Shown in pieces: positions 52,267 to 62,040 of a DNA stretch of 64,000 nt. The translations under genes were made by a program, and so were the position numbers. Under the pieces are notes generated by a model. It saw nothing but the letters and a program-made list of their open reading frames with translations. It had not been told where the DNA came from and did no database searches. Positions within the stretch are counted from its first letter, which is position 1; each line of letters begins with the position of its first letter. This DNA is from Clostridia bacterium (GTDB lineage: Bacteria; Bacillota; Clostridia; Oscillospirales; CAG-272): contig JAFQFR010000013.1 of NCBI GenBank assembly GCA_017398595.1, forward strand, positions 152 to 64,151. The letters are read 5' to 3'.

Positions 52267-54353
52267 GAGAACAAAAACTGTTGGACGCTTTTTCCGCCAT
52301 TGATGAAAAGTACATAGAGGAAGCCGCAAGGGCGAACGGCGCAGCGCGGCTGTGGAAACGCTTTGGCGCCGTTGCCGCCTGCATTTGCGTGTGCGTGATC
52401 GCGGCGGCGCTGTGGCACAGACAGCCGCAGCCTGTGATCGTGGACGATCCCGTGATCATCAACGAAAACGGATTTTACATTGCGGATGGTGTACTGCTGT
52501 CCTACAGCGGCAGCGAGACCGAGGTCGTGATCCCCGAGACGGTCACCGAGGTCGCCGATTATGCTTTCTTAGCGAATGAGAATGCAAAGACCATTCACAC
52601 GGTTACGCTTTCATCGAGCGTGCAGACGGTGGGACGCAACTCCTTTGCGGGGCTTTCCAACCTTGCAGAGCTGGTGCTCGAGGATGAGAGCACCGCATTT
52701 GTCAAGCGGGACAACGCTGTTTTCACCTTTGACGGCTCTATGTTGATGGACTATATTGGCGACGATACAAGCTACACCATCCCCGACGGCGTAAAATATA
52801 TTGCCGCGCATGCGTTCCAGAATACACCGATCACCGAGATCAAGTTCAACGACGAGCTCGAGTACATCGGCTATAACGCCTTTGCGGGATGCGCACTGAC
52901 CGCTATTTATCTCCCTGAAAGCATTGTCCGTGTGGATGATGGGGCATTTTCGGGATGCACCTACGCGGTGGACGGTTATATCCCGAATCATATCGACATG
53001 GACGATACTTCGTTTAACCATGTACCGTTTTATCTGTCGCAGCTCGCGGGGCATATGTCTCCGCTCGAAGAGATCCGCCGCGGGCTGATCACCCCGTCCG
53101 AGGCAATTCTGCAAACGGATAACGGGATCCTCGCCGAACAGATCGATGCGATCCTGTATTATTACCGCACGGGTGCGTACATGCCGAATCCCGAGGACAA
53201 GGACGTCCTGAAACGGTTGCAGCAGAACCATCTGCATATAGAGCTGCCCGAAAATGCGGTAGTTCCCGAAACGTGGTCGTATGACGATCTTTCGTGCAAT
53301 GACAACAGCTGGGGCGGTATGGGCATCCGTGATGTGCAGATCCGCCTTGCCTTCGGTAAGCACTGCACACTGGTGATGGAGGCATATCTCTACGGCGGCG
53401 GAATGGATATCCTCGACTGGAACGAAGCTGAATGGCGTATTGAACAGATTATGTTTATCCGCGAAGAGGGGGCAGAGGACTACGGCGACTGGCAGGTCAC
53501 GCAGGAGTCGGACTCGTCGCTGACGTTCTATAACCGCGTCACGGGTGCCACGGTCCGTTCCTATCCCCTGCAGGATCGGTCCACAGAATACGAGCTTACC
53601 TTTTCGCCCGACGGCAACCGCTGTATTGTAGAATACAATCGCCCTGCCTACGGGTGGGCGTGCTTCATCCTGTCGCTTGACGGAGAAAAATTCTATGTGA
53701 GCCAAAACAACTATGTGGATTACCTGAACCGCTATTTCGGTCAGTTTGCGCATGGAACGCTGTTCTGGCAGGATAACGACACGGTCGGCGGCGAAAATGA
53801 ATACGGAAAATTTGCATGGTATATTTATGAGGTATATCCCGAGCAGATTACCGATTACCGCTCGGATTTTAGTGAAGACAACATCATAACCTACACCGTT
53901 GAAATGACAGAGACGTATGATGGGAAAAAGCACACTTTGACCATGTGCATTCCCGAATGTTGGAACGGAAAATACTATCTGGACGATGTGCAGCGCATGT
54001 CGGTTGATCCGGCAGACGCCACGCGGATGACCGGGTACTATACTTTGTATGCAGCCGATTCTGTCTATGACGGCGGATGGGATGAGCAGGCGCTCGCGCG
54101 TAAGGGCGTGAATCTGTATCAGGGCGAGGTTTTGGTCAATACCGAAAAGATGTTTGTGGGCGCGGATATCCGATATACCGAGACATCTTCCTACCTCACG
54201 GAGGAACGGGAATTTTCCAGGATCTTCTATGAAGCGGCTGTTCGCATCGGTGAATATGCGGTGATCGTCCGGATCACCCAATACCCCGAGGACAGCGACG
54301 ATTATTTTGACCGCATCGTTCTGCCCGTGTTGGAGAGCATTACGGTAGAATAA
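52263..54353 (+). CDS. Putative anti-sigma factor: short cytoplasmic N-terminus, one TM helix, extracellular BspA-type leucine-rich-repeat domain
   Basis: 696 aa. GTG start overlaps the sigma stop. N-terminal LLDAFSAIDEKYIEEA, then TM FGAVAACICVCVIAAALW. LRR_5-like repeats follow (IPETVTEVADYAF..., IPDGVKYIAAHAF..., LEYIGYNAFAGC...). Confidence 0.65.
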   Translation: MREQKLLDAFSAIDEKYIEEAARANGAARLWKRFGAVAACICVCVIAAALWHRQPQPVIVDDPVIINENGFYIADGVLLSYSGSETEVVIPETVTEVADYAFLANENAKTIHTVTLSSSVQTVGRNSFAGLSNLAELVLEDESTAFVKRDNAVFTFDGSMLMDYIGDDTSYTIPDGVKYIAAHAFQNTPITEIKFNDELEYIGYNAFAGCALTAIYLPESIVRVDDGAFSGCTYAVDGYIPNHIDMDDTSFNHVPFYLSQLAGHMSPLEEIRRGLITPSEAILQTDNGILAEQIDAILYYYRTGAYMPNPEDKDVLKRLQQNHLHIELPENAVVPETWSYDDLSCNDNSWGGMGIRDVQIRLAFGKHCTLVMEAYLYGGGMDILDWNEAEWRIEQIMFIREEGAEDYGDWQVTQESDSSLTFYNRVTGATVRSYPLQDRSTEYELTFSPDGNRCIVEYNRPAYGWACFILSLDGEKFYVSQNNYVDYLNRYFGQFAHGTLFWQDNDTVGGENEYGKFAWYIYEVYPEQITDYRSDFSEDNIITYTVEMTETYDGKKHTLTMCIPECWNGKYYLDDVQRMSVDPADATRMTGYYTLYAADSVYDGGWDEQALARKGVNLYQGEVLVNTEKMFVGADIRYTETSSYLTEEREFSRIFYEAAVRIGEYAVIVRITQYPEDSDDYFDRIVLPVLESITVE

Positions 54354-54447
54354 AATGTGCAAAAATCGTTGACAAACCGAGAAATATCTGTTATACTTCT
54401 CTATGGATAACAAGTGTTATCTACAGAGGATGAAAGAGGAAATGCGC

Positions 54448-56727
54448 ATGCAGAAAATAAGGATATTCGCGTCCGTTTTACTCAGTGCTGTGCTGCTTGC
54501 ATCGTGCGGCGGCAAGACGGACACTGTCGAAAACACAACAGAAGACATAACGACCGCGCAGTTGCCCGAAAAGATCACGACCGAGCAGACCGCCGATGCG
54601 CAGGGAGCAACGCCATACACCGCGCAGATGGATCTCCGATCGTACATGCGGTATTTTGTGAACTATTTTCACGAGCCGTACAACGCCGCCGATACGATTG
54701 AGGATGCGGATATTCTCACGCTCGTTTTTCACTTCTGCTTTTCGAACATGGACAGTTTGGACTATGTAGAGTGGGACGCATCCACAGCAGAGACATCCCG
54801 CAGAATTCATATTCAAGGGGATGCGTTTACACAGGCGGCAAAAATGTTGCTCGGTGACGACTTTGAGCCGACCTACTACCGCGACTTTTTTGCAAACAGT
54901 GCAGAGAAGTACTCGGCAGAGAGCAATACATACAGTGTGCCCACAGCAAAGGACTATTGGGGCGGTGACCTGTATTATATTCCGTCCGGCACGGAGCTCG
55001 AGATTTCCGAAACCGAGGACACCGCCACGGTGATCGCCAGCGTATACGCCGAAAATGTTCCCGCACGCAAACTGGAATACTCCTTCAAAAAAGTGGTGCA
55101 TGACGGCTTTCTGTTCTATCAGATCGTCGAAGTGCGCGATATAGATGCGCTTGCAAGGATGGGCGAACAGGCGCAGACGGTTGCCGATTCGGTCACCTAC
55201 ATCGACATTGACGGCACGTACATTCCTGTTTCCTATGTCAAAGACGGCGAGCAAATGCTTACGGACAGTACGGCATACAGCATGGTGGCAGAGGGAATGC
55301 CGAAAGACGTAACGACAGCGGATGATTTGCCGAAGAACAACGGCGTTGCTTCGGACGGAACGTGGAACCTGTTTCCGACAGAGGTACAGTACACCGAGTA
55401 TACGCCTTACGATCAACCGAATATCGAGACGTGGAACGAGTATTTTGCACAAAAGCCGGAATCGGCAGATACACCGATCCTCATTACCGAGGCGTGGAGC
55501 TTTGACTGGAACGGCTGTCGGGCGGCGGTGGTCACGGCAAGCAATGTGATCCTCTCGGGCGATCTCAATGTTTTGTATGCGGTGGGCGACGCACATGCCG
55601 CGCCGAATCTGCCTGCGGCGGAAAACACCGCTTTGTATACGATGACCGCGCTTTTTGTCGAGGGACAGCCGCCTATGGAGCTGGACAATCGGCATCAAGC
55701 GATCGCAAGAGAAGCTGTAGACAGCGGCACCGCGGGAAACGGGGGTGTTTTGTATCTTCCTGCGGCGTCCGAACACTATCAGCAGATCTTTTCCGCATGG
55801 CAATATGACGCATCGGGCAAGATCGTCCAATGCCCGATCTTCAATAATATGAACGGCTGGTATTTGACACGCGACTTTGCATACCATCCTGCATGCATGG
55901 TTTGCGACATCGACGGAGACGGGGCGGCGGAGCTGATCTGCCATGCCGAAAAAACATCTTCGGACATGTCCTGGTGCCGGGTGTATGCTTTTGAGGACGG
56001 GAAAGTCAACAGAGTGCTCAGTATGCCGACGATGGTAGCCGCAACGCCTAAAGCTGTGCAAACGCAAAAAGATGTGCAGAGCACTCCCGCGCCGTCGGTG
56101 AAGCCGATCGCCGATCTGCGGGACGCGACATCCGTAGAAGATCACTACGGTCCCGATGCGGTGTACCGCGCGGATCTCACAGGGGACGGTATTCCCGAAA
56201 CCTGCACGGTCCATGTTGCGGGATACGGCACGGAATGCTACGAAGAAGAGATCACCGTGACCGACGGGCAGAGCGGCGAAAAAATTTGCATTGAGGATCC
56301 CGAATTGCATACCGACTGCCGTATCGAATTTTCGGATGTCGGCGACGCGTATACCGTCGATGTGAACGGCATGGTGTACAGAATGGAAAAGAGCACGCTG
56401 GATACGCCGCCCGAGAACCTGACGGGGCTTGGAAAAGGTCAGATCTACGATTACACCGTGACTGACCGCGGACTGCTCTGCCGCGTGGGACTGATGTGCG
56501 GCTGCGTGGAAGTATGCGGGGAGCTGATCTATACATATTCGTATGTGGATGGCGAACTGGCGATCACGGGCGTTCGGCTGTATGATCTGCGGACAAAAAC
56601 GGAAGCGGACTTCGGCGCGGTGGAGCCCTCACTGTATCTGCCGAGCAAACTTGTGGGGCTGCTTGACATCCGTGCAGGGACGATCGGCTATCGGTACGGG
56701 GAAACCGCCTGTACCCGACCGGTTTGA
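54448..56727 (+). CDS. Large lipoprotein of unknown function with FG-GAP/VCBS-like DxDGDG motifs
   Basis: 759 aa from the ATG after AGAGGA. Lipobox LLASCGG. Motifs CDIDGDGAAELIC and ADLTGDGIPETC. Confidence 0.6.
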   Translation: MQKIRIFASVLLSAVLLASCGGKTDTVENTTEDITTAQLPEKITTEQTADAQGATPYTAQMDLRSYMRYFVNYFHEPYNAADTIEDADILTLVFHFCFSNMDSLDYVEWDASTAETSRRIHIQGDAFTQAAKMLLGDDFEPTYYRDFFANSAEKYSAESNTYSVPTAKDYWGGDLYYIPSGTELEISETEDTATVIASVYAENVPARKLEYSFKKVVHDGFLFYQIVEVRDIDALARMGEQAQTVADSVTYIDIDGTYIPVSYVKDGEQMLTDSTAYSMVAEGMPKDVTTADDLPKNNGVASDGTWNLFPTEVQYTEYTPYDQPNIETWNEYFAQKPESADTPILITEAWSFDWNGCRAAVVTASNVILSGDLNVLYAVGDAHAAPNLPAAENTALYTMTALFVEGQPPMELDNRHQAIAREAVDSGTAGNGGVLYLPAASEHYQQIFSAWQYDASGKIVQCPIFNNMNGWYLTRDFAYHPACMVCDIDGDGAAELICHAEKTSSDMSWCRVYAFEDGKVNRVLSMPTMVAATPKAVQTQKDVQSTPAPSVKPIADLRDATSVEDHYGPDAVYRADLTGDGIPETCTVHVAGYGTECYEEEITVTDGQSGEKICIEDPELHTDCRIEFSDVGDAYTVDVNGMVYRMEKSTLDTPPENLTGLGKGQIYDYTVTDRGLLCRVGLMCGCVEVCGELIYTYSYVDGELAITGVRLYDLRTKTEADFGAVEPSLYLPSKLVGLLDIRAGTIGYRYGETACTRPV

Positions 56728-56770
56728 TCAGTTGTTTGCGCATCGAGAAGGCGGAAAAGTGACGATATAC

Positions 56771-56804
56771 AAAAGACCAAACGGAATTTTCCGTTTGGTC
56801 TTTT
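56771..56804. terminator. Bidirectional terminator between convergent genes
   Basis: AAAAGACCAAACGG-AATTTT-CCGTTTGGTCTTTT. Confidence 0.8.
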
Positions 56805-56816
56805 GCTGTTTTTGGC

Positions 56817-58700
56817 TTAGTGCCTCTTGCCGCCGTGTCCGCCAAAGCCGCCCATGCCGCCCATGCCGCCGGATGTACCGTAGACGGTAGAGGTCATGGT
56901 GATGTTTTTGAAGTAGCTGCCTGCGGAGAGCGTGTAGGACGATCCCTGCTTGATCTCGGGGCAACTGATAATAACGCAGGAGAAGGGCAGAAGTGCCTCG
57001 TGGGAGCGGATCACGTTTCCGTTTGCATCTTTCAGCGCAACGGTGGAGCCTGCGACCTGCGAGCCGACGCTCATCATGATGACGCCCTGCGTGGAAGAGG
57101 TGCTGAAGTTCTGCGCCATGGACGAAGCGCCCGTGCCGATAAAGATGCCGCCGCTGATGGTTCCGCTGGTATCAAAGTCAAGGATCGAGGTGTCGCCGCT
57201 GTTGGGACCCGAAACAGTGGTGATGCCGCCGCTGATCTCCACAGAACCGTTTGCGTCGATGCCGTCACCCGATGCTTGGATGTTCACGGTGCCGTCCGAA
57301 ATGACGATCTTGCCTGTAGAGGAAGTAAACGAGCCGAAGCCGGGGCGACCGCCCATAGCGGAAGAATCGTTGCCGCCTGCGGCGTTGATGCCGTCGTCGG
57401 AAGCGGTGATCGAAATATTGCCGCCCGAGATCACGACCGTGCTGCCCTCAATGCCTTCATAGCTCTTGGTGATGGTGAGGGTGGTCGCATCGCCCGAGAT
57501 GGAAACATCGGTGTCGGCGTGTACGCCGTCGTCGCCCGAGGACAGGGTATAGCTGCCGCCCGAGAGCGTCACGGTGCCGTTGGAGTGGATGCAGTCATCC
57601 TTGGTATCGAGGGTAAAGCTGCCGCCGCTGATGAGAATGTCCGAACCCGCTTTCAGTCCCTTGTAGGACTCGTCGGACGAGGACATGGAAGTGCCGCTAC
57701 CGCCGCCCGTCTTGACGGTGAGGGCGACATCGTCGATCTTCAGGATCGTTTCTGCCTGTATGCCGTCGTTTGCCGCGGTGATATGGATCGTGCCGCCGTA
57801 CAGGCAGATGTAGCCGCGCGAGGTATCCTCGTCGTTATCCGAGCGGATACCGTCGCTGCCTGCCTCAATCGTGATATTGCCGCTGTTGATCTTGACGCAG
57901 TCTTTGCCGTTCAGACCGACGTTATTGGCAGTGACCTGCAGCGTGCCCGAGGAGATGATGAGGTCATCTTTCGAGACGATGCCGTGCTTGTAGTTGCCGT
58001 TGACTTTGAGTGTGCCCGTGCCGTTGATCGTCAGATCGGCACGGCTGAAGATCGCTGCATCCAGCTCGGAACCGCCGTCCGTGATCGAGTAGCTTGTACC
58101 GTCGGAAAACGTGTTGACGGTTCCCGCGTTCAGCGTGACGGTGACTTTGTCAGCGGATTGGATATACAGGGCAGGCCCTTCGCTGTTCTGCACGGTGATG
58201 CCGTCTAAAATGAGCTGTACGTCGCTGTCACCGACATTCACGAGGATCATGGTGTCCTTCTTATTGCCGCTGAGCGTATACGTGCCGCCCGAGGTGATAC
58301 GCAGGATGCCGTCGGATACGGCAGGCTCGTCTGCGGTCGGTGCCGATGTTGTCGTGGATGTTGTCGCCGATGTGGTGGGGGCGGTCGTTTCCGCTTTCGG
58401 TGCGGTGGTTGCTTCGGTAGTCACTATGGTGGAAGAAGCTGCGGAAGTGGTCGCTTCCGTTGCCGCGGTCGTTTCTTCTGTATCCGCAGGAGCTTCTGTG
58501 ACAGTCGTGCCGATGGTCGTTTCGACGGTGGGGCCGATGTCCTCTTCGTCAAAGCTGAAATCCATGCCGTTTGTATCTGCCAGACGGATGCTTACAGTGT
58601 CGTCGTCGGTCGTTTGCACGGGACTGCTTTGATGATTGCAGCCAACAAGGCACGCTACTGCGCACAGCAGGGCAGCGGTGCAGATCCATAGCTTTTTCAT
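56817..58700 (-). CDS. Secreted lipoprotein, right-handed beta-helix carbohydrate-binding family (Cthe_2159-like)
   Basis: 627 aa from the ATG after GGAGGT. Lipobox CLVGC. Thr/Ala-rich linker. Many repeats of the form I.I.GG.... (for example LYGGTIHITAANDGIQA, ISGGSFTLDTKDDCIHSNG). Ends in a Gly-rich tail GGMGGMGGFGGHGGKRH. Confidence 0.65.
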   Translation of the reverse strand: MKKLWICTAALLCAVACLVGCNHQSSPVQTTDDDTVSIRLADTNGMDFSFDEEDIGPTVETTIGTTVTEAPADTEETTAATEATTSAASSTIVTTEATTAPKAETTAPTTSATTSTTTSAPTADEPAVSDGILRITSGGTYTLSGNKKDTMILVNVGDSDVQLILDGITVQNSEGPALYIQSADKVTVTLNAGTVNTFSDGTSYSITDGGSELDAAIFSRADLTINGTGTLKVNGNYKHGIVSKDDLIISSGTLQVTANNVGLNGKDCVKINSGNITIEAGSDGIRSDNDEDTSRGYICLYGGTIHITAANDGIQAETILKIDDVALTVKTGGGSGTSMSSSDESYKGLKAGSDILISGGSFTLDTKDDCIHSNGTVTLSGGSYTLSSGDDGVHADTDVSISGDATTLTITKSYEGIEGSTVVISGGNISITASDDGINAAGGNDSSAMGGRPGFGSFTSSTGKIVISDGTVNIQASGDGIDANGSVEISGGITTVSGPNSGDTSILDFDTSGTISGGIFIGTGASSMAQNFSTSSTQGVIMMSVGSQVAGSTVALKDANGNVIRSHEALLPFSCVIISCPEIKQGSSYTLSAGSYFKNITMTSTVYGTSGGMGGMGGFGGHGGKRH

Positions 58701-58710
58701 CTTTACCTCC

Positions 58711-59406
58711 TTACAGCTCGGCAGTGGTGGTTTCCTGCTTCGAGACCGTGATCTCCAGGTTGCCGTTTCTGCATCTGAGCTTGTCGATAAATTCTTTTTC
58801 CAGTGCGATGTCGCGCAGCGATACCGCATAGGTCAGACGGAACATGCTGCCCATGTTGGTGGTTTTTACACGCACCAGCTCGTGCTCGGTGGTGTACTGC
58901 GCAAAAATATCGTCAAAAACGTCCGAATAATCGAGATCCTCGGGAATCGTGATGTTGATCGTCTTGTAGATCGCGGCGTTTCTTTTTGTGCCGAAGTCCA
59001 GGCGGTTATACAGCATGCACATGCCGCACATGATGAGGGTGAACAGAAAGGCGAAGCCGATATAGCCCATGCCCACGATCAGACCTGCGCCCATGGCGAG
59101 AAAGATCGCAACGATCTCTTTGGCACTGCCGGGGGCGGAGCGGAAACGCACCAGGCTGAATGCGCCTGCCACGGCGACACCCGTGCCGACGTTGCCGTTG
59201 ACCATCATGATCACTACGCAGACTACTGCGGGGAGCAGCGCCAGCGTGACCACGAAGCTCTTGGTATAGCGCGTGCGGTACATATAGCCGAATGTCAAAA
59301 GGATGCCGAGGATGAGCGCAGCGCCCATGCAAAGCAAAAAGTGCGGCACGCTGATCACGCTCGTCAGCACCGAGTCAAAAAGACCTGTAAACAGTTTGTC
59401 AAACAT
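58711..59406 (-). CDS. DUF4956-domain membrane protein
   Basis: 231 aa with 4-5 TM segments followed by a soluble C-terminal domain. Overlaps the VTC gene by 8 nt, the usual partner arrangement. Confidence 0.65.
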   Translation of the reverse strand: MFDKLFTGLFDSVLTSVISVPHFLLCMGAALILGILLTFGYMYRTRYTKSFVVTLALLPAVVCVVIMMVNGNVGTGVAVAGAFSLVRFRSAPGSAKEIVAIFLAMGAGLIVGMGYIGFAFLFTLIMCGMCMLYNRLDFGTKRNAAIYKTINITIPEDLDYSDVFDDIFAQYTTEHELVRVKTTNMGSMFRLTYAVSLRDIALEKEFIDKLRCRNGNLEITVSKQETTTAEL

Positions 59407-60124
59407 AGAGAATCTCCTTATGTAAATTGGGATAAATGATCGTTTCGTAAGCGGTTCCGTATTTGGAAAATGAGGTCTTGTAAATGTGCTCTTCGGTCAG
59501 CACATGCGTCATCCACAAGGGGATGGCACCGGGGCACTTGATCTCCATCAGCACCATGCCCTCGGGGAGCAGCGGTGTGCCGTAGGGTTCGGCACGGAGC
59601 GTAAGGTTGTCCTCGCGGCAGAGGATCGTATCGTCAAACGTCACGCGGAAGTCGCCGCCGTCGAGCGAATAATAGGCTTCCCGCTCATAGGAAAGAAAGA
59701 CCGCGGGGCGCAGCGTTTGGTAATAGGAGAGAAAGTAGTCGATCTCCTCGGAGATCTGCGTGTGCTTTTGGCAGTGCGCACCGCCGCAGATCCATTCCAT
59801 TGCTTCCGCTTCGGGGAGCGTGATGCGCCGTTTGTACACGATGGAGTCGTATTTCTTTTTCAGTTCCACGAACACCGTGCTCTCGGGATCTGCCTGCTTG
59901 TAGCTGCGGATGCGCAGCTTTTCTTTGTATGCGGGGCGCTCGATCGAGCGGCGAACGAGACGATAGTTGTCGGTGTCAAAGTAAATATTGCGGATAGTGG
60001 TGCGTCCGTATGCATCCATTGCCATGTGCGGCTCCATCGCGCGCAGGATCTTTTCTTTTTGTGCCGGTGTAAGCATATATTTCAGCTCGTAACGCTGAAA
60101 AACAGTTTGTATCGCTTTGCTCAT
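59399..60124 (-). CDS. VTC-domain (polyphosphate-polymerase-like, CYTH tunnel) protein
   Basis: 241 aa. Contains FQRYELKYMLTPAQKEKIL...IRNIYFDTDNYRLVRRSIERPAYKEKLRIRSY, which is typical of bacterial VTC-domain proteins. Confidence 0.75.
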   Translation of the reverse strand: MSKAIQTVFQRYELKYMLTPAQKEKILRAMEPHMAMDAYGRTTIRNIYFDTDNYRLVRRSIERPAYKEKLRIRSYKQADPESTVFVELKKKYDSIVYKRRITLPEAEAMEWICGGAHCQKHTQISEEIDYFLSYYQTLRPAVFLSYEREAYYSLDGGDFRVTFDDTILCREDNLTLRAEPYGTPLLPEGMVLMEIKCPGAIPLWMTHVLTEEHIYKTSFSKYGTAYETIIYPNLHKEILYV

Positions 60125-60223
60125 AGCGTACTCGCCCTCCTTCCTGCCTCATTATAAGCGTAAAAACTTAAAAGTACCTAAATGTACAGCAATTTTTAGC
60201 AGCTCGTTTGGTGAATCTTTGGT

Positions 60224-60254
60224 GAAGAAAAAAGCCGTGCTCGCAGCACGGCTT
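60224..60254 (-). terminator. Rho-independent terminator after tlpA
   Basis: The minus strand reads AAGCCGTGCT-GCG-AGCACGGCTT followed by TTTTT. Confidence 0.75.
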
Positions 60255-60263
60255 ATGAAAACT

Positions 60264-60842
60264 TTATTCTGCAATCAAGGCTTCGATCTTCGAGGTCAGC
60301 AGGCTTTCGCTGATGACGCCGAGCTTTTTGTAAGTCACAACGCCGCTTTTGTCGATGAACACGGTCATGGGGATGGAGTATGCACCGTAGGTATTTGCGC
60401 CGTCCAGCTCGGTGTCAAAGTAAACAGGGAAGGTGTATCCGCTGTCGGCGACGAATTTTTTGACGCCGTCCACCGTATCGCGGTATCCGTCGGTGAGATT
60501 GAGCATGATAAACTGCACGTCTTCGCCGTAGGTCGTATACGCCGCGTCAAAGGTGGGTAGCTCGGACTTGCAGGGCGAGCACCATGTTGCCCAAAAGTTG
60601 ATGACGATGGGTTTACCGAGAAAGTCGGAGAGGGAGACCTCGCTACCGTCCGCGTCGGTCATGGTAAAATCGGGCGCGGTTTCGACTTCTTCGGTGACGG
60701 CGGCGCTGTTGCCGCTCGTCTCGGCAGGGAGCACGTCGCTTGGCACATAGTCTTCGGAAAGTGCGCTGTAGGTGACCGCCGCAACGGCGATCAGTGCCAC
60801 CAGCAGTACCGAAAGAATAATAATGATTACATTTTGTTTCAT
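60264..60842 (-). CDS. TlpA/ResA-family thiol-disulfide oxidoreductase (membrane-anchored thioredoxin fold)
   Basis: 192 aa. N-terminal TM anchor. Active site WATWCSPC. Confidence 0.85.
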   Translation of the reverse strand: MKQNVIIIILSVLLVALIAVAAVTYSALSEDYVPSDVLPAETSGNSAAVTEEVETAPDFTMTDADGSEVSLSDFLGKPIVINFWATWCSPCKSELPTFDAAYTTYGEDVQFIMLNLTDGYRDTVDGVKKFVADSGYTFPVYFDTELDGANTYGAYSIPMTVFIDKSGVVTYKKLGVISESLLTSKIEALIAE

Positions 60843-60850
60843 AATTCACC

Positions 60851-61543
60851 TCATGCAAACAGCGCGAGCAGCGCGTTCATCCATCCAAACAGCATGCAAA
60901 TGCCGACCACGATCAAAAAGATGCCGCAAACAAGGTTGATGACCTTGTAGTGCCGCTTGATAAAGCGGAATGCGCCGCTGAGTTGTTCGATCAGCACGGC
61001 GGAGAGCAAAAACGGAACGCCGAGTCCGAGCGAGTAGGTCACCAGCAGCAGCGTGCCGCGCAGTGCCGTGCCCGAGAGCGCCGCCTGTGAGAGGGCAGAG
61101 CCGAGAAACGCGCCTACGCACGGGGTAAGGCTCACCGAGTAGACCACACCGAACAGAAATGCCGATAGGATCGTGGTCGCACCTTTGCCGCGCTGCATCC
61201 CCTTGAAAAAAGGCAGGTGAATGACTTCCAGATAGCTCAGACCGAACAGGATCACCAGCCCGCCCGTGACGATGTTGACCGCCGTTTGATACTTGCCGAG
61301 AAATGCGCCGAGCGTACCCGCAAACAGCCCAAGCAGGCTGAACACCACGGTAAAACCGAGCACAAAAGCCGCCGCCCGCGCGAATACGCGATGCTTTTTG
61401 TCCGCGCCGCCCGCAAAGTATGAAATGTACACCGGCAGCATCGGCAGCATGCACGGCGAAATGAACGAGATCACGCCCTCGAGAAATGTCAGTAAAAAAT
61501 CCAAAACGGTTCCTCCCGATATAAGGTAAGTATAGTATACCAC
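60851..61543 (-). CDS. ccdA: Cytochrome c biogenesis protein CcdA (DsbD-family membrane thiol reductant transporter)
   Basis: 230 aa, 6 TM segments. Conserved SPCMLPMLPVY and TPCVGAFLG motifs. Confidence 0.85.
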   Translation of the reverse strand: MVYYTYLISGGTVLDFLLTFLEGVISFISPCMLPMLPVYISYFAGGADKKHRVFARAAAFVLGFTVVFSLLGLFAGTLGAFLGKYQTAVNIVTGGLVILFGLSYLEVIHLPFFKGMQRGKGATTILSAFLFGVVYSVSLTPCVGAFLGSALSQAALSGTALRGTLLLVTYSLGLGVPFLLSAVLIEQLSGAFRFIKRHYKVINLVCGIFLIVVGICMLFGWMNALLALFA

Positions 61544-61638
61544 ATCGCGCGGGAGTTTTCCATAGGTATTGCAAAACGATTGACAGCAGGTTATATTTAT
61601 GGTATGCTTTAATCACAATTCTATGTAGAGGTAACGGT

Positions 61639-61902
61639 ATGAAACGAGTGATTTTATATATTCTTGCTGCTGTTCGGGTGGCGGCGCCGCTTTTGCATGC
61701 GGTGGCTGTGGGGTATGACAGCGTCGGTATGTTCCTTTGGGATCTTTTCTGTGCGGCTGCATTTGCCTTTGTATGCTCCGTCGTGGCAGACTTGCTCCGC
61801 CGCATGGACGACATGGAGTATAGCGCGGATGAAATGCACGCGCGTGCCTCGGAGCAAAAAAGACGCATAGAAGCGCTGGAACAAAACAAGGGGAAGGAAT
61901 AA
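61639..61902 (+). CDS. Small hypothetical membrane protein with a charged C-terminal helix
   Basis: 87 aa. GAGGT RBS. Two hydrophobic segments followed by EQKRRIEALEQNKGKE. No family recognised. Confidence 0.4.
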   Translation: MKRVILYILAAVRVAAPLLHAVAVGYDSVGMFLWDLFCAAAFAFVCSVVADLLRRMDDMEYSADEMHARASEQKRRIEALEQNKGKE

Positions 61903-61983
61903 GTGAAAGGAAAATAATAGCTATGCCCTCCATTTCTATCGCACATGCTTGATTAGTGCGGACGGATGAAAGAGACGATCATG

Positions 61984-62030
61984 TATAGGCTCCCTCTGAT
62001 GAGGGAGCTGTCGCGTAGCGACTGAGGGAG
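61984..62030. repeat. GC-rich double-hairpin module related to the 2874-2925 repeat
   Basis: TATAGGCTCCCTCTGATGAGGGAGC plus GTCGCGTAGCGAC. It shares the TATAGGCT(T/C)CC lead and the TGATGAGGG motif with 2874-2920. Confidence 0.45.
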
Positions 62031-62040
62031 AGAGAACGTA

